Shown in pieces: positions 14,057 through 26,000 of a stretch of DNA of 64,000 nt. The stretch comes from Pocillopora damicornis. Its lineage: Eukaryota. The DNA is taken from positions 186,001 through 250,000 of the forward strand of contig NW_020847208.1 of assembly GCF_003704095.1 (NCBI RefSeq), in the 5' to 3' direction. Within the stretch, counting starts at the first letter, position 1; the number at the start of each line of letters is the position of its first letter. The notes below the pieces were generated by a model, which did not search any database, had not been told where the DNA came from, and was given only the letters and a program-made list of their open reading frames with translations. Both the position numbers and the translations under genes were made by a program.

Positions 14057-14236
14057 CTAACCCTTTTATACCCTCACACCAGTATGCATATTCTCAAACA
14101 AGGAGAATTGGTTTGTCAATCAACAACTTCTTTAGTTGGTGATCATTTCTTTTATTCTTGTGACCTTCAAGTTTGATTCTGGAGTGATTTGGTAAGGAGA
14201 AAATAGATGCAAGTCAATCTTAGGGGTAAAAAGGTA
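14057..14236. mobile_element. Degenerate MITE with (T)TAACCCTTT...AAAGG(G)TAA-type ends
   Basis: Ends ctaacccttttataccc ... aggggtaaaaaggtaa; same end style as the element at 41522-41721; non-coding interior. Confidence 0.45.
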
Positions 14237-14937
14237 AAAAAAAAATGATTTAATTTCCTTAGCAATAACGCTACAATATGCTACAGAAAGGTTTAGGGTT
14301 CAGAGACAACTGTTATCTTAATGGTACAGAATGGCCTGATAAAAGACCCGACCCATGTGGTAAAGTAAAAGCATAGAGCCGCATTTCATAATAAGTAAGG
14401 TTTATCTCCGAAGTTTACTTTAATTTGTAAACGACAGCTGAGTTGCCTTCAGTTTCGCTTTTTGCACATCATTCATAATGACTGAGTTGATATTTACTTA
14501 ATTAAGAGGTCTAAAATTAATACCATCCATTGTCATTTTTCAAGAATGTAATCTTTTAAAAGCAATTAATGCATAATACTGCTAGTAGGCTGTTATGGCA
14601 GACTTGCAGCTGGCAGACCCGTTCCTCCTGGAAGCCTCAGAAAAAAGCAATTTCTTCACTGTCTGAGGTATGTTTGATGTCTATGTGTGAACACTAAACT
14701 AGAGACTTTGCATAAGTTCACTATCCCGCCTAGCATTCCAGTAAAATAAGTGTGGAAATTACTGATAAAAATCAAGCTCTACATTAGCATCTGAGCTAAA
14801 AAAATCATTCAAGACAAAGAACGGTTTCTAGAGAACAGGTCGGTGACAAAAAAATTGTATTGTTGTTCTTTTTAAGTCAGCTGCATTTTGCATAAACGTT
14901 TTTGAAAGTTAAAACCGGGGTTACATTCCATGTGAAT

Positions 14938-15052
14938 ATGGAAGCAAAGAAAGTCGCTGCTGTTGCCCGACCCAAGCTTAAATTGTTTCAGCGAGCTGCT
15001 AAAGATATCAAAGCTGGAGTTCGACACACGTCAGCAATTGCCCACTCACGGA
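14938..15052 (+). CDS. Candidate alternative first coding exon (1a) of dystrophin-like paralog 2
   Basis: ATG-initiated open frame MEAKKVAAVARPKLKLFQRAAKDIKAGVRHTSAIAHSR ending at a strong GTAAGT donor in phase 1, compatible with the 62-nt exon at 21576. Confidence 0.6.
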
Positions 15053-17028
15053 GTAAGTACACAGGTATAGAATGTATATAATTTACATACTTTGAATTTG
15101 GACTGGACGTTCGCAATTAGAGGGCGTCTCTTAACTTAAACGGGTGTCAAGTTAAGATCCTTCCCTATAAACTCTATCTCTGTTACTCACCAGTAGCCTT
15201 CAAATTTAATGATGAGATGGATGTTGCGAAGGGTACTAAGATGTATTGTGATGGTAGCCCAGACTTTAGTGTCATGCAGTGGTTGTTGATTTTAAATTCT
15301 TTAAGATTGCTATTTTTCTGGGCTAACAAAATTCATCAGAATAGAACTCGTTTCATATTCTTTTTCATTAGTAAATATATTACAAAAAAAGAAAAAAAAT
15401 ACATATTTGCTTCTAGTGCACAGTAAGCTCTGCTACAGTTTATACTACGTCAATGCATATCATTCTGTCCATGACCCGACGTTACAAAATGTTACAACTC
15501 GTCTTCAATTTTTTCCGAGTTTCGGCCGAAAATGCTGATCGCATACGGGTAAACTGTTCGGCGGGTCAAACACCTGTAACTTCTTTCAAAATAAATGCAT
15601 TCAACAATTTAACAAAGGATAAGAAAACAGGCTCTGGAAGACCAACAAACAAACGAGTAGATAAACAGCAAAGATTATCAAACAAACCAACAAGGCAGGG
15701 TCAAAAGGATTTACTTTTCGCTGCTTATTTTCAAGTGGTTATATTGACAAAAAGCTGGATGTTTTGGTCTGTTTTAAAGCAAACGTTAATCAACGATATG
15801 TATACCAGCTACATTTGTATAACATATTCATGTTGGCACTCAGTCTCTCAGCTGATCTGTGTGGAACTCCTTCAGTTCATCCTCTTTGGGTGAAAATACA
15901 TAGCAACTGATTTATTTCTCTATGAGATAGCATAAGGCAAGCTGATTGGTGTATTTCTGTATATTAAGTTTTTGGCAATTCTTAAAAATGTATATAGCTC
16001 TTTATCTTCATTTTTCTAACCAAACCATGAAAAAATCTGTCAATTTCACTTGGTAATTCTACGAGCACATTCAACATTTTTGGAATCGTAAAAATGTGGA
16101 ATTTCCACAATATATATTCCAATGGAAAAGAGTTGGTTGAATGATTTAAATTTCAGATATCACAGTTCTCAGTTAGGAACTTATTTAAGGAAATTTTCCT
16201 GTCAGTTTAGTACTTCGGTTCAACAGACTTTCATAAAAATATCTTCATTACTAAAAATAGAGGCCTTTTTTAGTTACTACCGCGGTTACAAAGCCATCAG
16301 ACTTTTCTTTTGTATTGACTGATATCTCCATGTTTGCTCAGCCTGTTGAAACTTTCTGTCAAATCAGGGTCAATAACTAACCTTATACTTCAACTTTTCG
16401 AACAAATCCACTAAACCCACTTAATATCTGTAAACTAAACAGACGAAGTTTTTTAGAAAGTTATTCTGTACATGGTATTTCGACGGCAAAATTTACCAAA
16501 ATTACATCTTATTTCGTAATCATAATGAAGTGGACACTTCGATGTTTCATTTAAAAGCGCAAGGTTGTTTCCAACAATATATCAACGTACTAATGTAAAT
16601 GATGTTTATTTTGCCTTCTCGGTTTACAAACGTAGCTGCCGATCCCATGAAAATTTTCACTGAATATTTCCAACGATACCTTTTTGCTTTGCAGCCTCAA
16701 TAAAAGTTTTGCCCAGCTGCCTTTTTAACTAAAAATTGTAATGAGCTTTTCAAAGTTTCTTCATAAGATTTCGATTCTGAAGAAGTCGAGTGTTACTAGA
16801 GAGAAAAAAAAAGCAGTCAGTTACTTTTCTTGCAGTACGTACGCTAGCATTTCAAAGAAAATGATTGTTTTAACTCGGCGCTGTATTACGGTATCTAGAG
16901 AACCGTCTGATGGCCCAAATATGTCATTGTGCAGGGATAATCTTTCTAGAATCAAATTTTCGACATAAATTATTTTGACAGTGGACTAAGTGTTTTCTCC
17001 GGGAATCGATAAGACTTTTGCTTCAAAG

Positions 17029-20000
17029 ATGGCGTCTGAAAACACATCTCGCAAGTCATCTTTAAGAAAATTTCAAGCAGCAGCGACAACCGTTCAGCGG
17101 AATACACAGTACACTAGGAAATTTACTCAGTTGGTTGGTAAGTAGGTAGCGAGTTGAACAAAATGATTTCCATACTTAGAGACACTAATCAAAGCAAATA
17201 TTCAATTATATCAACTGGCTACAGGTGAAACTATAACAAATATATTACTCGGGTGTTATTCGACGATTTAAGCAATTTTTTTGGTTTAACATTGTGTTCA
17301 CTATAATGATTTATATAACATGATGTCGAAAGCTAGCAATAATAAGGAAAAATCGTAACCTGTTTGCGTAGTGATCCAGCAAAGCACAAATAAATTTGAT
17401 CCTCATGAAACACATTCAATTTACTCATGTGTGCTTCGACTGTAAAGTTGAAAAGAAGAAGGGAAAACATAATCATCTTCTCAGATATTATGAGCGTTTA
17501 AGGAAAAAATGGTCGAAAATTGAGAATTAGAGCACGAGTGAATCATTATACGTGACCGTTCATGCAAAAAAAAGTGCTGATTCGTATGTTTATTATAATC
17601 ATAAATCATGAATTTTGGCGGGAAACTAGCTGAGTGCATATTACATGGCCAAGTTCGGCCCAAAAATCTAACAATAATAAAATACAAATAAAAAAGCCTT
17701 GAGACTCTTTTGGTGTATCGCCAATTCGGAAAACTGAGAAGGAATACTGGAGCCATTAGTACAATGTGCCCATGCTATGGGCAGATGAAGTGACAACACG
17801 TCAGACCTATGTAAATGTATCTCTAGTTAGGGTCTACTGCTGTCTTCATATTTCAACTGTAAATTGTTTTAACTTCTTGAGTACAAAAGGCCAAAAATAA
17901 ATGCAAATAACACATGGTTTGCAAATTTTGTCACAGCATTTCTCAGCCAAGCTCTCGTGAATAATACTAAAAGAACATCCATTTAGTAATTGCGCGTGAG
18001 TAATAGTACCGGTCTTATCGCTTTTAATTTGCAGTCCTGAGAAGGCTACAGCTAATGTTGGTTTTTTTTTCTAGAGGAAATCCTCCGTATATCTTTTGCA
18101 AAATAGTCTTTGCTTCACTGAGCCTCTGTGTGGCCCTTTTTGTTCATATGGAACGAATCATAACAAATTTGGAGAAACTTGAACTTGTGCAGAGTACAAG
18201 TCTCGTAAACACACAAAGAGCTTTCCGTATAGTCTTTGGTATAAAGGGAAAGGAAGTTTGCAAAAATCGTTATTATGTTTCAAAATTTTTTCTGTTGAAT
18301 GATCTCGTAACGGATAGCAATATTGCACAAATGTTCTCCCAGAGACATTAGTGTTGTGTAGCCATCTAATACACTTGTTGGGGTTTTTATTAGCTATTCC
18401 CTCCGACAATTAGATTTACAAGATTCCAAGGTTCTTGCTCGTCAAAAAGAAACAATCCGTTCTCGTGGACAACAACTTCTCTCCAAGACGTAAACTCAGT
18501 TCTAATATATAAAAGCTATGCGTGTGTCAATAAACACGCCTTTTGATAAGATAAGCAGTATTCGGTTTCATGCTAGGTTCTAATCAAAAATTAACATAAA
18601 TGTTCGCTGTGTTTAGTTCTTAAGGTACGCAAGTTTCAATTCCTAAGGTTCAATTCTTAAGGTTCGCAAGGTTCAGTTCTGGGATTGCTTTCTTCACAAC
18701 ACGTCGCGTTTTTTTCTAATCACAATTAGATAATACGCTTCTAGGATGTTTATATCTGTTCTCACTACTCTTTTGTTCAAAATGTGCAATTATAGCAGAA
18801 TCGGGTCCTTGCAAGTCTGAAAACGTGAGGTCATTCACCAAATAGCCAACCACTTCAATCACCTCCACGGACCGGAATCGGACCTAACCGACCACTCACT
18901 TGCTCTGTTTACCTGGCATCAATTTTTCTTTTTTAGTGATAATCTGACGTGAACGCTTAATTTTCCCAAAATATTGTCTGTTTGTTGTAAGGTGTTAATC
19001 ATTATAACATGCAACATTAAAGCTGTTAGAGAACAAAGTCACTCATAGATTTCGCGAAAACGCACAAAACGGATCTTCACGTGCAAGCATTCATATTCAA
19101 ATCAGTTGACCCTTTGGGCCTGGGGGTCATCTCAAAGACAAGTCTTGAATATAAATTTGCATACCTACACTAAATTGAACAACACTATTTGAGCAGAATC
19201 TTGGAGAGCTGACCTCGCTTTTAAACATGAACGGCCAAGAAGCTGAAGTCGCTCGCCAAAACTCCATGAAAATCAAGAGAATGATTTCGGACCGCTCAGG
19301 TAAAGACAATCTTGAAGCTTTTTTCATCTGCGTCATGCTATCTCTGCAGTAGCTCTCGGAAAATGTTTATAAGATTTTACCCTCTGTGATTCGTTCAATC
19401 AGCGCAATTTGACGCCCCTGACACAATTAGCGCAACTTTTCGCTCCTTCCCTGAAGTTCCAGTGCTCTTATAGACAAGTTTGCTCATTGCTTTCAGCACT
19501 CGCATTTAGAAATTCAGGGCTTGATGTTCTTAATCTGGGCAAAAAAGATCACAACTTGCAATTCTTATAAGTTGTAAACAATCAAGGACACATTACAATG
19601 CGTATCTCATCATTCTTTATTATTTCCTAACTTTTAATTCACAGGCTCGTTGCCTTTACGTCAACAAGTTTTAACGAGAAGGCTCCTGCTAAGTTGTTAA
19701 ACTTTAAACAACATTTCACAATTAAGGACCAATAACTTTGTGGTGTTCAAGAGGGAAAAATAATAAGATCTATTTAGTACTTTGAAACTTGACACTCTTG
19801 TGTTCTTTACCATATTCAACCTTAAATTTAAATAAGTTTGCTACATCCTTTAAAACTAGTACTGAACATTTAAAGGATCAAAGGATGTGAGCATGTTTTC
19901 AGATTTCAACCGAAATGTTTACTGGGTAGACAGTTGACTCAGGTATTCATAGAGCAGTAATTAGCACAAATTTTCGCCGTGTTTAACTGTCTACGCTGCA

Positions 20001-23000
20001 AGATATGCATGGAATGCTACGTATGGCTATTTCGATAAACAAATCTTATCAGGTGGTTAAATTTTACTCATAAAACGTTACCAGCTAAAGAAGAAGCGAG
20101 TAAATCAAAGCTTCACCTTTTCTTGGAACGGTATTCTTGATGGCTGTATATGTAGATTTTAATTTGGACAAATATGGATTCACTTCATCAATATATACGA
20201 ATATTAAAATACTAACCTGTGTAATGAAGTGAGACGACTGTTCATCTAATTACTCTTGATATTTGCATTTTTACTCAATGAAGGGTTTAAAAGAAAAGCA
20301 AATCAATCGAAAATCATTTTACAAGGCAAATAGAAAAAAAAGGATTCGATATAGTCTGTTAATAAGGAGGAAAACGATCATGAAGATTTGTCAAAACTGT
20401 TAACGTAAATCTAAATTTGCTTTTAGTTGAAAAATATTTCAGTGTGTGTAGATCTAAAATCGTCGCCGACGAAAATTTTTTTATCAAAAAACGCTAGAAT
20501 ACTGACGGAAACTTATCATAACATATTTGACGTAACATCATTCCAGTTCTGTAAATTTTCCGTGTTTGCCCTGAATGGAATAATCACAATAATGAAAGGG
20601 GCACTTGAGACGACTTAACTCTGGTTTCTTTCCATTATTCTATCATGGCGTAAGCTGATCTACTTGAAAATAAAATAATGTTAACCTGGAGTGAAAATTA
20701 AGAGATAACATCGGTTATATTTAGAAAGTGATACTGAAAATCAAGGAAGTTCAACAACAACTCTTTAAATCTTAATAATATCATAATAACGGTATGAAGG
20801 GGCGATATGTTCTGTTAATGGAAAAATTAACTTCTAGATTTTTCTAACACTTTGCGACTTCCCATAAAGACAATTTGTTATCAATGCAATGTCTTCTAGT
20901 CTCCAATCGATATTGGACGTAATCACAATTATCTTATTAAGCAAAAGTCTTTTTTCATGTTTGTTTGCCAAAAAAAAGAAGAACACTATAACGTTGAGCT
21001 TTTACCTTTCTACTTTCCTATTATGACGAGGCCTTCTTTATGTAAAGTTTGGATAGCGATGGAAACGCGGAGGCTGGGATATCGAGGTCTTACAAAAAAT
21101 CTCACTTGACATTCGCGTGGAGAATAGAATGGTAAATTCGAGATTTTCGTAAAGGGCACGCCTACTAAATAATGCGTAGGACATCCTTCTTTTTCTTAAT
21201 GAAACACAGACTCAAATACGTCTTCTAACAGACAAAGAGACTGCGAACATAAAAGTTAATTTAAACAAAATTCTTTGGAAAAAAGCATATTTCAAATTAG
21301 GTCATGAGCAAATTTAAAAATTAAATGAAGCAACGCAGCTTTCTTGAATGATAAAACAAACAAACAAACAGACGAAAGCAAACACAAAAGAGAAAACAAA
21401 AAGCAAAGTCAAAAACCAAGCAAAAAACAAATAAACGAAACATTTCTTAAAAAAACACACACACACACACGCACACATTCACTAGCACTTTTTTAATGCG
21501 ACCCAATATCGTTGGGACCATCTTAGAATTCCAAAATCCTAATATTGATATCTTAAATAACTGCTTTTACTGAAGGTGAGAGGGAAACACTTCATAGGAA
21601 AACTTTTACAAAATGGGTAAACGCAAGACTCGCTCAGGTAAGGCAAACTCTATCTTACTTTCAGAAATATATTTGCTTGTTGAAATAAATTCAATTTTCA
21701 CTGAGCTAGCCTCTAGTTATTGTATCATTTTGTTTGAGCACATTGAGTAAAATGTCGCAAGGATGCTGTGGCAAACTTGCGTTCAAATTGCTTGAATTAA
21801 CTCAAGTGTAGGAAAATGTAATGTCAAAGACGGCACTGCATGTAGCTGTGAATCTGAGTTGACGCGAAGACGGATTTTCTCAGCCAGATTCGAAGTGTAG
21901 TGGGCCACAGTCTGCTAATTATTTTTCACTATATTTCATTGTATTTACTTACCATGCTCTCACCCTTATCTTCCCACAGCACGATCCTCCCATGGAAATC
22001 AAAGATGTTGTGATAGATTTTATGGACGGGAAGATGTTGCTGAACATGATGGAGGTTCTTTGTAACACAAAATTGGTAAACGCAAGCGAAAGTTGTCTGT
22101 CTTTAGGATCTAACCCGTTTAAAATCACCACTCAATTCGTCAAATAGTATGACTAAGATTTGTTATTGGCAGTTCATTTTCAGGAAATTTTATGAATTTT
22201 GAAAAATTCTGTCATCACCCTTGTTGTTCCACGCTTGATACAGTTTTCTATAGATTTTTGTAACAGTCTAGCTGACAAAGGTCAAAAGAAGGACTGAAAT
22301 ATATTTTACACTTCTTGATCGTGTAGTCTAATCTTCCGGATGAGGGTAGTCCTGAGAGGGACTTTTGTCGGTAGTGGGGACGGACGTTTCGAAATTCGAC
22401 AACCTAAGGGAATGTCATCGTCAGCGTCCAGTGAGAAGTTTTTGTCAGTCGATTGTTGTAAGTCCGGTTCGTGTACATTGATTGTTCAGTTTGGCCAGGA
22501 TGTTATTAGCTGTGAGACTCAAGTGGTGTACTTCGATCGTGATTGGTCAGTTTTGATCCGTCGGAAATAATTTTTGACAAACCAAAACTGAGTCTTAGTG
22601 GCTACGACCTGACCTCAGTATACGCTTTTGTTTCAATGTTGCTGTTTCAGAAAAAAGAGAAAGGAAACTTGCGTGTCCATAAGTTGAACAATGTTGAACA
22701 AGCTATGAAATTGCTGGAGAAGCAGAAGGTAACGAGACCGTGCATTTCTTTTGTTTATGCTCTTGCTCCTTTTCAGTCTAGTTCTTATCTGTGAGTCATT
22801 AACGTATTTAGCTCATGATGTGCTGCAACAGCTGTGATAGGTTCGCTGGAAAGGGTAGTTGGAGCATTTCTGCCAAGCTGCGTTTTCTTCCTTTTTTTAA
22901 TGTGACAGTCAGTTGGCCATTGCATGTACGTGAACTACTAACTTCACTATGATATTATGATTCTTAAGGTTAAACTGGTTGGAATCAATGCCTTCGACAT

Positions 23001-26000
23001 TGTGGATGGAAAACCTCGTGTAATTCTTGGTCTTATGTGGAGTGTAATTCTTAGATTCCAAGTAAGAACCTCATATGCAACTTAATATTACCACTGAATC
23101 ACTTAGTAGATAGAATGTGAGAGCAGGTTACATTGACTTTTTTTTTAGTCCGTTGTAAGAGCTAAGTACGCTTTATGCGTTATTTCTTCATCAAGATATT
23201 ACGAATATTTGCATAATGAAGAAGACTGTGGGAATGACAAATATGGCTTATTTTGAATCACCGGTAGCATAGTAGTTGTGGAAATGTGGAGGTCACCTCT
23301 GGTTTAATCGATAATGATGAGGGCAATTAATTAATTGTTCCCAAGAGGATTGCTCGTTTCTAACTAAGCCTGAGGAAAGCCTGCACAATCTTATCTAAGA
23401 AAGGTAAAGTGCATGTCAGATGGATAATAATTGATTAGTTTTTGAAGGTCGGTAACACGCGTGCCTTCCTAAAAACAGAAAGAAAGTAATAAATTTTATT
23501 TTTGACTTGTTAGGTCCAAGAGGTTATGCAGGAAACGGTAACGGAGGAGACAGCGAAATCATTCAATGTCGAAAAGAAACTTCTTGATTGGTGCAAAGAA
23601 CGCTTGAAAGGGTGAGTAGGATGCAATTGAACAAGTTCCTTGTATATTCTCAGTAATCCTCGATGTTTTTAAACCTTTTCTTTTTAACTAAACGATCTTT
23701 TCGAATTTAGGTATGAGGAATACGTCACTATCTCTGATTTTTCTTCAAGCTGGAGGGATGGCCTGGCATTCAACGCTCTTGTTCATTCATACGGGTACGA
23801 AAAAATTGTGATGCGACTTAATCAACACACACATAAAAAAACAATTACTTTGTATCTGGAAATAACGAAATTTACTGTTCTCTCAGACCTGGATTGTTTG
23901 ACTTTAATGCCATCGCGCAGTCATCAACTCGAACCAGACTGGACAACTCCTTTAAGATGGCAGAGAAGCACTTCGGAGTTCCACGCTACTTAGACTCGAC
24001 AGGTTTGTGATGTTTTCTGAAAGTTCCGCGTGGGCCTTTCCTACTAGTGTCGTCTTTTTGTGCGAAGCTTGCGATATGAAATCGGCGTGGTGATATGGAT
24101 CATTTCGCTGCAAAATTTGAACGTAAGGCCTGGTTCAACCCTAGAGGGTTCGAATCTTATAAAAAGAACAAACAAACAAAAAACGGTTGAAATTCTTTAC
24201 TTCATGTCACACTCGCGATGCAATGAAATTTATTGTAACGTAAACTGTAACATCTTATCATTGAAAAGTAGCCTTCTTGGCCAAAAAAACTTGTTTTGAA
24301 GTTTTAGATTTAAAGTAAGGACATTCAAAAATATATTGTTTGGTTTACTTATTAACTGATTGAACGATATTGTTTTATCAAAAGGCTAAAAACCTTTTGT
24401 GAATGATATCATTCCTTACGGTTACCTAGACGATAGGTTGACTCAAAGTAGGAATACATTTAGTGAGTTAGTTGATTGAATCGATGTCATAAATTAAAAG
24501 AAATGTAATCACAAACTGTAATCTCTTACCTGTCAGCATGTTAGCCTGTAATAGTTTTAAAACTTCACAGATATTGACGTTGAAAAGCCGGACAAGAAGC
24601 TAATTATCATGTACTTAACTGAGATGTATAACTATCTTGAGGGAAACAAGGCCAAAGAAAGGGTAAGAGGAAAGAGAATTATTAGAAGATCGAATTTCTT
24701 TCTCGGGAAGGTGGTAAAACAAAGTAACACTTAAAATCTCAGGCTTAAATTGGCTGTTTGATATATTATCTTTAATTTGCAGAACGTTTCGGTAATGATG
24801 GAGAATCCTTGCATAGTCGATAACGTGGAAGCTGTGGAGGGAGCCTTGAACGACAGCTTTGATAATTTGGACTCTAAACCAGCCTTCAGGTATGGTTACG
24901 AATACACCCTATGATGAAATTGAGGGAAGAGAAAAACAATATTTGGAAACTTGCAGACTGAAGCAGGACATAAAAAGCGCAGTTGTAACATATTGGTTGA
25001 TAAATCTAACTGACGAAAGATGCCGAAGGAGTGGGAAAAACAAAAACACCAGCCTCCATTTCCATGCTCTCCACTAGCAGAGGATACAGTAGGTGTATAA
25101 AGAAAGAAGCGACTTTGATAAACTTTGGCTACTAGCGAGGAGATCTTTGCCGAATAGTTGCTTTCAATCTTCCTCCCATGGGAACATTCCGATATTTAAG
25201 ACATTCACTTCAAAATTTAATCGCACAAAATGTTTTCTACTATAACTAATAACTAATAGTTTCGTTTTCTTAGCCAATCAGAACACGATAAAGCAGTTGC
25301 AGATCTTGGCAAGAAATTGAATGAGGTGGAAAGTGGATTGTCTGACGCGGAGCATACCAAACCAGTTTACGATGAAAATGATTCAGTTAATTTGGAGGAA
25401 GTAACTAAACAGCTGGAGGAACAAAAGGTTGAAAAATTGTTTTCCTGTAAGGCATGATTTGCTGACCATTCATCGTGGCATCTCTCTCGTAAAGGTTCTT
25501 AAGATGGAGAGATGAGCTATCTATTTTTAGTAACTAATCCTAGAGTTTCATCACATCAGTTATTGTTGTAGGGCTATCTGAGTTTGAGTAGTAACGTAAT
25601 GGACGCCTTTTTGCCAAAACTGGAAATGTTGAAGGTGCTTTTCCTCAACAATAACTAAAGATAAATCCTTGTACAGATGAGGGTCTTAAAGGGGTTAACT
25701 TTAAGCTGTAGAAAGACCAAATAATTTAGCCATTAAACATACAAAATTATCGTATTATAACCATTAGTCGTCAAAAAAGTTATCCGTGAAAATGTTTCCC
25801 TCCTTAAATGTGTCATTTAGGTCAACCGTTAGCTGTAATATGGCCAAGATTTTAACCGTTGCCGCAATGCGATCACCCCATTGAGAACCTCACAGAAGTG
25901 AACTGTAATTTTTAACGAACTATTTTTTTTTGCTCATTCATACACAGAAATTTCGTCAAGACCTCGAGCCACTTAAGTCTCACACTTATGAAGTTTTGAA

